From positions 64,001 to 128,000 of the forward strand of contig CAWFQB010000010.1 of NCBI GenBank assembly GCA_963817895.1: a stretch of 64,000 nucleotides of DNA. Reading direction: 5' to 3'. The position numbers were made by a program, and so were the translations under genes. Of the stretch, positions 30,897 to 42,600 are shown piece by piece. Source of the DNA: an uncultured Chthonomonadaceae bacterium. GTDB lineage: Bacteria; Armatimonadota; Chthonomonadetes; Chthonomonadales; Chthonomonadaceae. Numbering within the stretch: position 1 is the first letter of the stretch; each line of letters starts with the position of its first letter. Under the pieces are notes generated by a model. It saw nothing but the letters and a program-made list of their open reading frames with translations, made no database searches and was not told the DNA's origin.

Positions 30897-31709
30897 ATGA
30901 TTCAAAGCGTATTGGAACCGGTTCTGGTTCCACAACCAACAAAAGAACCGACAACGCGGCTGGTGGAGGTGTTTTCGTCCATACAGGGCGAGGGGATGCT
31001 GGTCGGGCATCGGCAGATATTTGTGCGGACGTATGGCTGCAACCTGCGCTGCACGTACTGCGACAGCCCCGAAACGCTCAAAGAATCGCCCATCCCGTCC
31101 GCCTGCCGCGTGGAGCAGACGCCCGGTTCGTGGACGTTTCGCCCGGTTGCCAACCCCATCTCCGGCGACACGCTGACCCGAATTGTGCAGGATTATCTCG
31201 CGGAACCGCACCATTCGCTTTCCATCACGGGCGGCGAACCCCTGCTTCACGCCCGGTTTCTGGGAGCAATGGCTGCCGGACGCCCGCAAACTGGGCCTGA
31301 AAATCTTTGTGGAAACCAACGGCCTGCTGCCCGACCATCTGGCGCGGATTATTCGGCGCTGGTGGATTATGTTTCGATGGACTTCAAAGCGCCGAGCGCG
31401 ACGGGACTGAGCGAAGCGGAAACGTGGAACAAGCATCGCGCCTTCCTGCAAGTGGCGCGGCAAACGAACGTGTACGGCAAACTGGTGATCACGCCCGCCA
31501 CAACCGACGCGGAACTGGACGCGGTAACGGATACCATTGCCGCTGTTGACGCCGCCATTCCTCTGATTTTGCAGCCGGTCACGCCGATGGGAACAGAAAC
31601 GCAGCCGGTATCGCCCGTCCGCATGATCGCGCTTCATGCCCGCGCCGCCCGCCGCCTGTCCGAAGTCCGCGTCATTCCCCAAACCCACAAAATGATGCAA
31701 CTGCTTTGA
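30897..31709 (+). CDS. queE: 7-carboxy-7-deazaguanine synthase (radical SAM); compensating frameshifts near 31265-31350
   Basis: EVFSSIQGEG, CNLRCTYCD, ITGGEPL, ETNG (alternate frame), VIPQTHK. Confidence 0.88.
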   Translation: MIQSVLEPVLVPQPTKEPTTRLVEVFSSIQGEGMLVGHRQIFVRTYGCNLRCTYCDSPETLKESPIPSACRVEQTPGSWTFRPVANPISGDTLTRIVQDYLAEPHHSLSITGGEPLLHARFLGAMAAGRPQTGPENLCGNQRPAARPSGADYSALVDYVSMDFKAPSATGLSEAETWNKHRAFLQVARQTNVYGKLVITPATTDAELDAVTDTIAAVDAAIPLILQPVTPMGTETQPVSPVRMIALHARAARRLSEVRVIPQTHKMMQLL

Positions 31710-31808
31710 TAGCTATTACACAAATTCTGTTAAACGTGTTGACTATTTCGCCTGAACCAGCCATAAGTAGGCTGTGTCTTATCCAACACGCGAGAGTACC
31801 AAAAGGAG

Positions 31809-32059
31809 ATGAAGACAATGAACGCAACCGCTACGGACGTAAAGAACCGTTTTGGGGAGTTCATGGACAAGGCGCAACGTGAACCGGTGACTGTAGATAA
31901 GTCCGGCAGAAGTTACGCAGTGCTGATCGGCTACGACGAATACCAGCGACTGCTGGCAGCCGAAGACGCTCTATGGGCGGCAAGGGCTGACGAGGCGAAG
32001 AAGTCGGGCTTCATTCGGGCGAGGAAGCCATGACGATATTCAGGGACGTGGACGTTTAG
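31809..32059 (+). CDS. Phd/YefM-family antitoxin (3' end probably frameshifted; ORF as written ends 32033)
   Basis: ATATDVKNRFGEFMDKAQREPVTVDKSGRSYAVLIGYDEYQRL. Confidence 0.85.
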
Positions 32060-32077
32060 CGCAGTCTGTGAAGAGGC

Positions 32078-32315
32078 GTGTCGTTGTTGCTTGCGCTGTT
32101 AGGATGGTTTATCTATCAAGTGTACTTTTTGGATGAGGCGCTGGCGATTGCCGCAATGGAGGGTGGTACCGCTCAGGTTAAATTCCTGGCTGGCGAGGGG
32201 AGCCAGTCCGAACGCGGAATTTAATGGACACGGAGCGCTTACATCCGCGATAGAACACAAGGACAAAGAAATTATTCGCCTGCTGAAACAGGCCGGGCAA
32301 GATGATACCGGGTAA
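32078..32315 (+). pseudogene. Small membrane-anchored ankyrin-repeat protein or fragment, frameshifted
   Basis: Hydrophobic stretch, ALAIAAMEG...VKFL, then LARGASPNA...ALTSAIEHKDKEIIRLLKQAG. Confidence 0.55.
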
Positions 32316-32364
32316 AGCGGAGAAACTTAACAGCCTAACCCCCACAAAAATAAATATGGGGCGT

Positions 32365-32398
32365 AAAAACCGCCCGGTCACTGTGACCGGGCGGTTTT
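32365..32398. terminator. Intrinsic terminator, possibly bidirectional or attenuator
   Basis: AAAACCGCCCGGTCAC-T-GTGACCGGGCGGTTTT. Confidence 0.85.
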
Positions 32399-32414
32399 GT
32401 TCGTCGCCTGCCGT

Positions 32415-32477
32415 TTAGAAAGTGGGACTCCACCACATTTGACGGCGGGCTTTGTTGGTTTGGTTATGTGTAAACAT
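32415..32477 (-). CDS. Putative Trp attenuator leader peptide (20 aa)
   Basis: AAGGAG-8 nt-ATG; MFTHNQTNKARRQMWWSPTF*; terminator about 17 nt after the stop. Confidence 0.6.
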   Translation of the reverse strand: MFTHNQTNKARRQMWWSPTF

Positions 32478-32834
32478 GGATGTTGCTCCTTCGATTGATG
32501 GCAATGGCGTGATGGCCCTGCGCCCGCGTTTGCCGCCCCTCCGGGTTCCTGTTTACCCGTTCCCATCGTCTGCTGCAACAGGAACAGTTTCTATTATGCC
32601 GCTTTCGCGACTTGACTTTGCTGGCAAGGATACCGGGTTTTCGGCAGCGTTCATGTCTCCGCCATCCTGACTTTGCTCCTATTTTCACAAACTCCGCGCG
32701 TACGCGCAACAGCCGCATGCAAATATGTTGCAGCTTCGTAGTCGGCTAATGAAGGAATTTTTCATATCGTACAGGGAAAGAGGGACAATTGGAATTCACT
32801 TGTAGCCATTGTGAGAATTACAACGGAGTAGCAG

Positions 32835-34025
32835 ATGAGCGATACCTCCTTTTCGGGCGCTCTGGACACGCTCAAAGAACATCTGGTCGGCTACGACGAC
32901 GGCGTCGAGCAGTTCAAACTGGCCCTGCTGACGGGCCAGCACATGCTGCTGGTCGGGCGGCCCGGCACGCGGCAAGTCGTACCCCGCCCGCCTGTTCATC
33001 AACTGCGTGCGCGGCGCGCAGTCTTCCGCACGCAGATCACGGCCTACACCATGCCCGATCATCTGGTCGGCGCGCCCATTCCGCACACCTATCTGGAAGA
33101 GGGCCGGCAGGTCTACAATACGGACAACGGCATTCTCAACTGCGATCTGGCGATGCTGGAAGAGTTCAGCGACGGCCCGGTCGCGCTCGCCCGCAGCCTG
33201 AACACCATTCTCTACGAGCGCCTTTTCGAGGTAAAGGATCAGCCGCCCCTTCCCGCCACGCTGCATACCGCCCTGCTCACCGCCAACCAGGCCCCGCATG
33301 GCGAGGAGTGGAAAGCCGTCTGGAGCCGCATCGCGTTTCGCTTCACGCCGCCCGAAGTGACCACGCCCTGGGGACGGTTTCAGACCGGGCAGGTCTATCT
33401 GCACACGCACGGCCACGCGCCCGAACTGCCGCTCGTGGATATGGACCAGGTGCGCGAACTGTCCCATGCAGCGCGAGATGCTGGACGTGCCGCCGGGCGT
33501 TCTGCTGGTGGAAAGCTGGATTTCCGGCGAGTTTCACCGCCGCTGTCAGGAGGACGTGCATCTGGGACGCTCCGGCCTGTTCTCCTCCGACCTGCGGCGC
33601 GAAAACCTGTTTCTGGATGTGATTCGGGCGGGCGCGGTGCTGGAAGGCCGGCCGCGCGCCGACTACAGCCATGTCCGCCGCTATCTGCCCTACGCCCTGC
33701 CGCTTGGCGACGACGCCGACGGCATCGCCGCCCACGCCATTCTGGAAGACGTGCTGGAGAAAGTCCTGCCGCGCAAGATGAGCCGCGACGATCTGGCCGT
33801 ATACGACGCGCTGGGCGATCTGGCGCAGCAGATATTGGAGTATCAGCATCGGGGCACGCGCCGGCGGGCGAGTTTCGCCTGCGCTTTCCCGGCATGCCGA
33901 TGATTTTCGCCGCGCGCCGCGAACTGCTCGGGCATCTCGGCAAAGTGCGCAACGTGTGCGGCGCGATGTATCTGGTGGAAATTCTGCGGCAGGCGCTTGC
34001 CCGTCTGCCCGTTGAAATCGAGTAA
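32835..34025 (+). CDS. MoxR/RavA-like AAA+ ATPase; frameshifted
   Basis: ALLTGQHMLLVGRPGT(GKS), YTMPDHLVG, AMLEE, LNTILYER. Confidence 0.75.
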   Translation: MSDTSFSGALDTLKEHLVGYDDGVEQFKLALLTGQHMLLVGRPGTRQVVPRPPVHQLRARRAVFRTQITAYTMPDHLVGAPIPHTYLEEGRQVYNTDNGILNCDLAMLEEFSDGPVALARSLNTILYERLFEVKDQPPLPATLHTALLTANQAPHGEEWKAVWSRIAFRFTPPEVTTPWGRFQTGQVYLHTHGHAPELPLVDMDQVRELSHAARDAGRAAGRSAGGKLDFRRVSPPLSGGRASGTLRPVLLRPAARKPVSGCDSGGRGAGRPAARRLQPCPPLSALRPAAWRRRRRHRRPRHSGRRAGESPAAQDEPRRSGRIRRAGRSGAADIGVSASGHAPAGEFRLRFPGMPMIFAARRELLGHLGKVRNVCGAMYLVEILRQALARLPVEIE

Positions 34026-34095
34026 TTAGGTTGTTAGGTTGTTAGTTGCAAGTTCTGTCTATCTAACAACCTAACAACCTAACAACCTAACAACT
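34026..34095. repeat. Inverted array GTTGTTAG / CTAACAAC filling the whole intergenic gap
   Basis: Runs from the ATPase stop to ATG 34096. Confidence 0.85.
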
Positions 34096-35399
34096 ATGCA
34101 ACAACCCTCCAAACGACACACGCCGACAATCATGGCGATTTTGCTGGAATGCTGCGCGCGTGGCTGGTTCGGATGCACGAGCGTAATCCGCTTGCGCAGG
34201 GGAAACGCGCCCGCGCGCACCGTCCCTGGCAACTGCGCGTGTCTTCCCTGACGCCTCAACAGCCGGTTAATCTGCATCAGCGCGACGTGGATCGCCTGTT
34301 GCAGCGGCATCGCGACCTGAAGGACATGGACAAACTGGCGCAGGTGGCGGGCAGTTTCCGCCTGCCCGAAAGCGATTTTTTTGCCGACCCGCAGCAGGTG
34401 GAGCGACTGATCCGCCACTTTCTGGACGAAGACCCGCCCTGGCTGCACGTCGGCAAAATTCAATCGGGTAGTGAGGGCAGCGCACAGGGGCATGAGGCGA
34501 AGCAAGAAATGGTAATGCGGGAGCGCGTAACGCGGGAAACCGAGGACGTGACGCTGTTCGTGCCGGGGGAAAACTGGCGCGATCAGCCACTCGCGTCCCT
34601 GACCATGCGGCCCGCCCGTTATCTGGGAGAGATGCATCAGGCGCGGCTGCTGGATCAGATTTTGCCGCCCACCGTGCTGATGGACCGCATGAGCCGGGGC
34701 GAGATGCTGATTCCCAACCGTGACCGCGTTCGTCACCGCCTGGAATTCGAGGCGCAGCAGCGGCGATTGGAAACGGTCGTTACGCAGCCTGTCGAAGTGC
34801 CGATTGAAACCGAGGGCGCGGGCGGAACGAACGGGCAACTGCTGTATATTCTGCTGGATGCCAGCGCGTCCATGCAGGGCAAAAACGCCACGCTCGCGCT
34901 CGGGGTTATCACGGCCGCGTTGCGGGCGAACATGGGGCGGCGGGACACGCGCTATCTGTTCCGGCGGTACGCTGAAGAGGAAAACCTGTGGCCGCGCGAA
35001 GTGGAACCGCCATTACAGGCGCGAACCGTTCGGGAAAAAGACGCTTTTCTCGACACCATTCTGGAAACCAACTTCAACGGCGGAGCCACACACGTCAACC
35101 ACGCCCTGAATGTCGCCGTGACCGATATGGAAAACCTGCGGCGAACCGAAAACCTGGAAGCGCAAATCCTGCTCGTTACGGATGGAAAAGCGGAGATGCT
35201 GGAAAGCACATCCCTGCGCCTGCGGGCCGCAAGTATCAAGGTACACGCCGTCATGGTGACGCCCGAAACCAACCCCGGCCTGCAAGCCCTGGCGGAGAGT
35301 TTCACCGCGTTGGACATCCACACCGGCGCATCGTCAGAATCCGGCGAACAATCCTCATCCGCAATGGATCGCCCCCCTGTCCACGCCGCGCATATATAA
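34096..35399 (+). CDS. VWA-domain protein (ViaA/CoxE-like partner); N-terminal frameshift
   Basis: MIDAS LLDASASM, NGGAT, LVTDG. Confidence 0.8.
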
Positions 35400-35678
35400 C
35401 GTTGAAACTTGTTGCCGGATGTGCTGAAACATTCCGCCAACAAAATACCTCTGCCTGACACCCGGTACCCGAAAATAAGAAAAATGCGGTACAATATAGT
35501 TGGTGATTAGTGTGTAGACTCTGTGCCTGCACAGGCTGACTCTGGAATTGATACGTGTTTTTGCCTCAATCAGCCCCGCGCAGTTTGACATGCGCTCATA
35601 CGAAAATGCTGGACGGTCTGAACACCTGAACACCGCAACTCTGAACACCGGCATTTTCACACGAGGAGTTTAGTTTTC

Positions 35679-36017
35679 ATGAAATCCACTTTTGCTTTGT
35701 TCGGCCTTCTTTCCTTTGTCAGCGCGTCTGTGGCCCTCGCCGCCCCGCCCAAAGAGGACACGAAGCCCGCGCCTAAAAAGCCCGTTGTCAAGACCACCGC
35801 CAAAGTCACCGATGTCTGGACATGCCCGATTACCGGCGAAAAGATCGCCGATCACAAAACCGAAGCGGGCAAGCCCGAAGTGGTCGGCGCGTATCGCGTT
35901 CACTTCTGCTGCGGTGGCTGCGACACGTCGTTCGCCAAACTGAGCGACAAAGACAAGAAAGTCAAGACCGAAGCGGCCCTCAAGAAGGACACCGCCCCCG
36001 TTGCCAAAAAGAGCTAG
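35679..36017 (+). CDS. Small secreted YHS/TRASH-like metal-binding protein
   Basis: Signal peptide, CPITG...HFCCGGC; GAGGAG RBS. Confidence 0.7.
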   Translation: MKSTFALFGLLSFVSASVALAAPPKEDTKPAPKKPVVKTTAKVTDVWTCPITGEKIADHKTEAGKPEVVGAYRVHFCCGGCDTSFAKLSDKDKKVKTEAALKKDTAPVAKKS

Positions 36018-36185
36018 TTTTACGATTTTCAGGGAATGTCCCGAAAAAGGTTTTCGACCCCGCGCATGTCCTTCATGCGCGGGGCGGAAATGTTTGTATA
36101 GCGTTAAGAAGCAGCAAAAGTTGATATTAATGGATTATGCTTTGCGCTTGAAGCTCAACGCTTTGTAGAAAGGGGGTGTTCCCTC

Positions 36186-38493
36186 ATGCCAAAAGAGATT
36201 GTTGTCAATGTGGGCGAACGCGAAACGCGCATCGCCGTGATTGAAGACGGCAAACTGGTAGAACTGCACATCGAACGCGCCGAGCGCGTGGTCGGCAGTC
36301 TGTACAAGTGCCGGGTTTCCAATGTAATACAGGGTATGGATGCCGCGTTTGTAGATATTGGGCTGGATCGCAACGCTTTTCTTGCCGTTGGCGACGTGCT
36401 GCCCTCCCCGGATATGGGCGGCGCAATGCCCGCCGCGGAACCCGCCAGACCGAATAACAGCCAACCGGCGAAATCCGACGCGAATCCCGCCAACGGGCGT
36501 GGCCGTCAGGATCGGCGCTATGGCAAAGACGCGCGCCCGGAACGCGACCGCAAAGAAACCTCTCGCCCCTCCCCCGCTGTGGAAGTTCCCGTCCGGACGG
36601 TGACAACGAGGGCAGGGTGAAACGCTTTTTGTGGATGCCATGCAGGAGAGTGAAGCCGCGCGGGGTGTTTTGAATTCCGCGCTTTCCGCTGCCGATGGAG
36701 TGGGAACCGGCGATATATTTGCGGCCTCTGTACTCGAAAGCGGCAATGAAAACGACGCTGAATTCTTCGAGAACGCGCCCGTCGCGTCTGCTGACGATGG
36801 CGGTTCCAACTCTTTGAACGGCGTAATGGAACAGTCGCGCCAGAATGAGAATGTAAACCGTCTTGATGAGGAAGACAACGACCTCGAAGACGATGACGAC
36901 GATTTTGAAGACGACGATGACGAGGAGGATACGGACGAAGATGGCGAGGACGGAACCGCCGCTTCGGGAACGGACCCCGCCCGCCAGCATCGGCCCATGC
37001 GGGCCAAAGCCGGGTATCGCCGTTCCACCCTGCGTTCACAGCGCATCAGCGACGTGCTGAAAGTCGGGCAAGAGGTGTTGGTTCAGGTTATCAAAGGGCC
37101 GCGCAGCACCAAAGGGGCGCGCGTTTCCACCCGTATCTCCCTGCCGGGACGTTACCTTGTCCTGATGCCGGAAGCCGACAATCTGGGCGTTTCACGCAAA
37201 ATCGAGGAGAGCAAGGAGCGCGACCGCCTGAAAAAGATCGGCGACAAAATCCGCGTTCCCGGTTTCGGCCTGATTATTCGCACGGAAGCCGAAGACAAGA
37301 CCGAACTGGAACTGAAAGCCGACATGGACTTTCTCGTCCAGAACTGGCGGCAGGTGCAGGAAAACGCCCGAACGATGAGCGCGCCCGCCCTTGTGCTGCA
37401 AGATTTGACGCTGCTGTACAAGACCATTCGCGACGTATTCGGTTCCGATGTCAGCAAACTGGTGATTGATGAGCCTGCCGAGTACGAAAAAGCGAACGAC
37501 CTGCTGGATCGCATTTCGCCCAAACTAAAAGGCCGGGTTCACCTGTATGATGGCGCGAAGCCGATTTTCGACGAGTACAATCTGGAAACCGAGATTGAGC
37601 GGCTGACCCGGCGCAAGGTATTCCTGCGTTCGGGCGGTTCACTCGTGATTGAAGAGACTGAAGCGCTGACCGTGATTGACGTGAACACGAGCAAGAACGT
37701 GGGCGGCTACAATCTGGCCGAAACCATTCTCAAAACCAATGTAGACGCGGCAACGGAGATCGCGCGGCAACTGCGGTTGCGCGACATCGGCGGCATCATC
37801 GTGATTGACTTCATTGACATGAACAATCCCCGCGATAAGCAGGCGGTCATCAAGTCGCTGGAAACCGCGCTGAAAAAAGATCGTTCGCGCACGAAAATTT
37901 CCAGTATCAGCGGGCTGGGCCTGATTGAAATGACGCGCAAGCGCACGGGCGAAACCCTGTCCGGTTCCACAATGGATGAGTGTCCGTACTGCAAGGGGCT
38001 GGGGCATCTGCCCTCTCCCGAAAGCGTTTCGCTGCTCGTGGAACGCGACCTGCGCCGTCAGGTGAATGTGCAGCAGAACGCCAAAAAAGACGCTTTTCTG
38101 CTGCGCTGTCATCCGGAAGTGGCGGAACTCATCATCGGGCCGGAGGGCGCGACAGTGGAGGAGATGGAGCGGCAAATGGAGCGGGCGTTATTCGTCCGCG
38201 CCGACGAGGACGCGCACATCGAAGCGTTCACGATCACGCCGGGTGAAATCGGCGACTTCGAGAAGAACAAACTCAATTACCGCCGCGCCCAGATCGTGGA
38301 GTGCCGCATCATGCGTTCCCTGCTCAAAGAGGGCAACAAGTGCGTGGGCTGGTCGGAGGGTTACATGCTTGATCTGGACGACGGCAGCCGCTTTGTCGGC
38401 CAGAAAGCCAAAGTGCGGATTACGGACATACGCCGCTCGTATGCGGCAGGAACCCTGATACCCGGCTCGAACAAACCGCTGGACGAAGGATGA
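36186..38493 (+). CDS. rng: Ribonuclease E/G family protein with acidic insertion and C-terminal TRAM-like domain; one frameshift near 36600
   Basis: ETRIAVIEDG, AAFVDIG, KGARVST, VIDVNT, GGIIVIDFIDM, CPYC. Confidence 0.92.
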
Positions 38494-38616
38494 TTGCAAA
38501 GGATGAAGGATGAAGGATGAAGGATGAAATCACTGCCGCTTCCTCCTGAACCTCATCTGGAGAACAGGACATAAGGAAAGGATTTGTCTTCATCCTTCAT
38601 CCTTCATCCTTTGCAA
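38494..38616. repeat. Inverted heptamer array AGGATGA / TCATCCT
   Basis: ttgcaa(aggatga)x4 ... (tcatcct)x3 ttgcaa, starting right after the RNase stop. Confidence 0.88.
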
Positions 38617-38654
38617 ATACGCCGGAAGGAGTTACCGCTTCTTCCGGCGTATTT
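38615..38654 (+). terminator. Probable terminator
   Basis: AAATACGCCGGAAG...CTTCCGGCGTATTT. Confidence 0.65.
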
Positions 38655-38731
38655 CCTGTTTTAACTGGCTTTGAAGAGTAGGCTGTACAAATATCAGACT
38701 TGAACTACTCAGGTATATGAAGGAGAAGCGT

Positions 38732-39560
38732 ATGCCCGGCCCTTTCCCCGGAATGGACCCCTATCTGGAAGCGCCCTCACAATGGCAGGGCATTCACAAC
38801 ACCCTCACCGTAGATATGGCCTATGCGCTCAACGCTCTGATGCCGCGGGGGTATGCCGCTCGTGTGGAAGATCGCTGCCGTGTGGTGCAAACGCAACGCG
38901 GCATTACCCCGGATGTTGTGGTTCATCAAAAACAGACTCTGCTTCCAACGCCTTTCGGCTGTCGGGAATATTGCCGTCGCGCAACCGCCAATCTCTGCCG
39001 ACGTAGCGGCAGTAGTAGATGCGCCTGTTATCATCGAGTCCATTCCTGTTGAGCCACACGACACATACATTGACATCATCTCCACGACACATGGAGGGCG
39101 TATTGTCACCACGATTGAACTGCTCAGTCCTATCAACAAAGCGCCGGGAGAGGGGCAGAACCTGTACCTTACCAAGCAGCGAGAAATCATGCGCAGTCAA
39201 ACGCATTTGCTGGAAATAGATTTGCTGCGAGCGGATTCTTCAACGGTAGTGAGCGGGCGTCCTGCGCTTCCCGACATGCCGCGCTATGATTATATTATCT
39301 GTTTGCATCGCGGCGGGCAGGGAGAACGTTTTGAAATTTGGCCGACCTCAATTCGCCAGCGACTGCCGCGTATCTTTGTCCCTTTGATGGATTCAGACCC
39401 TGACGTTGTTCTGGATTTGCAGGCGGTCTTAAACCATTTCTATGACTTCGCGCGTCTTGCCGATCAGATTAACTATGCGCTGCCCCCGGAGGCAACGCTT
39501 AGAGATGAAGACGCGATATGGGCGGATGTGCTGCTGCGTGAGAAAGGCTTGCGTTCTTGA
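38732..39560 (+). CDS. DUF4058-family (restriction-endonuclease-like fold) protein; frameshift near 38955
   Basis: MPGPFPGMDPYLE, TTIELLSPINK, HLLEIDLLR, IRQRLP. Confidence 0.85.
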
Positions 39561-39666
39561 TGTCGAGGTGAGCAGAAAATACGCTCCATTAACCTACGGG
39601 TAAAAGAACGGACGCAGTAATTTGCAGGGAAGCGGCTTCCGCGCCGCGATTCAGGAGTAACCCCAC

Positions 39667-42600
39667 TTGACAGCATCTTCATTCAGCGCAGAAATCCCAA
39701 CTGTTCAGAACGCCGGCGCGTTTGCGCTTCACATCACGGAAGTGACGGTGGAGGGAGGCCCGGAAAAAGGTTATGAGTATCGCGGCCTGCTCCGCTCCCT
39801 GGACGAAACCGGCAAGGTTCGGCTGAAGCAGGAATTACAAGCGCGGCGCAAACCGGAATGGCTGGTAAACGCGCGGCATCGGGGAAACGGCGAACTGCAG
39901 TTCAGCCTGTTGTGCCGCCGCTACGATACGCGCGCCTGGCAGGAGGTCGGGCAGGCCACATTGCGCCCACAGGAGCATCTCAACGACGAGAGCAGCGTTC
40001 TGGCGGAAACCGCAATCACCGGCTGGAAGGAAGCGCCGGAGTGCCGACTGCGCATACGGCTGTCGCAGTCCGAAGAAGCGCGCGAACGGAGCGCGCCCCC
40101 CGCCGGTATCAGCAAGGTTTCGCGCGCCATAGTGGCGCGCGAAACCGCTCCGGTCGCTGAGGAACTGGCGCTGTCGGCAGCGGAACTGGAAGCCGTTCCG
40201 CCCCTGAAGTCCCCCGAAATCGTGATCGTCAAAGACATCTGGAACAAACTGCTGGCCTTTCAGGATTTGCTGATCGAGATGTTTTTTGAGCGCCTGCTGC
40301 ACGAAGCCCCGGAACTAATCGAATCTTTCGGGGATGCCATAGACAACGCGCCGCGCTACTTTGCCGAAATGTTCGACGTTGTCGTTCGCGGCCTGAACCC
40401 GCATACGGAGCGCTGTTTGCGGGAGGGCTATCGCGGCGTGTATCCCGCGCCGCTCGATGGCTACAAAACAGTGGAAGAATACGCGCGAATTCTGGCGGAT
40501 CTGGGCATGAGGCCCAAACACTGGATGATTGCCCGACGCATCTGGGCGTGGGCGCTGCCGCACATTCCCTATCTGGAAGAGTATGACCGCGAAATCCTTT
40601 CCAAAGGCGTCCATTCGGCCCCGTACCGCTTTTTCAACAGGCACATTTTGCCGCCCGCGCTGAACGCGATCCGTCAGTTCGATGCCGCGTTGCCGCCGGA
40701 AATGGTTCGCGAAATGGTTCGCGAAGCGGAATTTCTGCTGAAAGATGCCCGCTCGGTCGGCATGGAATTCTACCGAACCCTGTTTGAAATGCACCCTGAT
40801 GTGCTTCCTTACTTCGGGCGCTCAGACATGGACGCGCTTTCCGAACACCTGATACAGGCGATCACATTTCTGGCGCGTTCGCTCGAAGCCGGACAGAGCG
40901 CGATGCAGGAGACGCTCAATCTGGCGCGCGTTCATGCCCATGTCGGCGTGCCGCCGGAAGCGTACCCGAAAATCGTCGCGCCGCTTTTCAAAGTGATGCG
41001 CAGGCGCCTGCCCGATTTTACGCCCGAATTGGAACACGCCTGGGAAACCTTTCTCAATCGCGTTATCAACACGCTGATTTAGCCGATGCTCAACCAGGCG
41101 CGCCTGCTGGCGCAGGCGCGCGAGTTTCTGGAGTTGGTTGCCCGCGAACAGGAGCTGGGAGGCTGCCGATTACGAGCGGCGATGGCTTGAAATCGAGCGA
41201 GAGGTTCACGCCACCGGGTCATACACGCACACCTATGAAGAATTGGCCTATGGCGCGCAGGTAGCGTGGCGCAACGCGGCCAAGTGTATCGCGCGTATCG
41301 CCTGGCGCAACATGATCGTGCGCGACCTGCGCCATGTGACCGACCCCGACGCGATGTTCCGCGAGTGCGTCGAACATGTCCGCATGGGGACGAACGGCGG
41401 CAACCTGCAAATCGTCATGAACGTGTTTCGCGCCAAAAAACCGGGCGAGCGGTGGGGGCCGCGCATCTGGAACTCGCAATATCTGCGCTTCGCCGCGTAT
41501 GAACAGCCAGACGGAACGATAGTAGGCGACCCGGCCAACCTGGGACTGACCAGAGCTTTGCTGCGGCAGGGCTGGACGCCGCCCGAAACCCGAACCGCCT
41601 TCGACGTGCTACCGCTCGCCATCGAAACGCCCGGACACGCGCCGAAATTGTATGAGTTCCCCGAAGAAGTGGTACGCAAAGTGTCGCTGGAACATCCGAC
41701 CATTCCGCAGTTCGCCGAGTTGAACTTGAAATGGTGTACCATCCCCGCAATTTCCAACTTCCGCATGGAAATCGGCGGTATCAACTATGGCTGCGTCCCC
41801 TTCAACGGCTGGTTTATGGGTACGGAAATTGCCCGCAACCTGTGGGAACCGGAACGCTACGACCAGGCCGAAACCATTGCCCGCGCGCTTGGTTTGGACA
41901 CGTCGAGCGAACAAACGCTGTGGCGCGACCGCGCTTTTCTGGAACTCAATGTCGCGGTTCTGCACTCGTTCGCCAAAGCCAAAATTTCGCTTGTGGATCA
42001 TCAAACGGCGTCCCGCCAATTTCTCAGTCACGATTTGCGCGAAAAAAAGGCGGGGCGCGAATGTCCCGCGCAGTGGTCGTGGGTCGTACCCCCGGCGGGC
42101 GGCAGTTCCACAGCGGTATGGCATCACGAAATGCGCGATTTCTACCTCAGCCCGCACTACCACTACGCGGCGGACAAGTGGGCCGTCGTTGACTCTGAAT
42201 TGGGTCTGGAAGAAGAGAATGAGAGTGGCGTGGAGGAGGCAAGCGCAAACCGCATCGTGATTTTGTACGGCTCGGAAACGGGAACGGCGGAGGGTTTCGC
42301 GCGCCAGGCCGCGCGCCGTCTGGCGCGTTTTCACCCTCGCGTTCTTGCCCTCGATGAGATTGCCGGCGAAGACCTGCGCCGCGAACAACTCGCGCTCATT
42401 ATCGCGTCTACCTTTGCTGACGGTGAAATGCCGGGTAACGCCAAAAAATTCCATACGTGGATTCAGGAGCAGCCGGGTGGGTCGCTGGACGGACTGAATT
42501 TCTCCGTAATGGCGCTGGGCAGCACGGTTTACCCGCGCTTTTGCGCGGCGGGCGTGGAACTGGATCGGCAGTTGGCGCGCGCGGGCGCAAGCCGCGCGCT

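Noticed and set aside
27842..31709. folP and queE as a pterin-cofactor supply cluster for the NOS
   Set aside because: Both are ordinary folate and queuosine genes 8-12 kb away with unrelated genes between; neither makes tetrahydrobiopterin.
36400..37020. Acidic low-complexity insertion in the RNase E/G gene as an intein or separate gene
   Set aside because: No intein terminal motifs; disordered insertions within the S1 region are common in this family.
41080..41160. Programmed readthrough plus frameshift regulating NOS fusion
   Set aside because: No slippery heptamer or obvious stimulatory structure, and the window-wide error rate explains it more simply.
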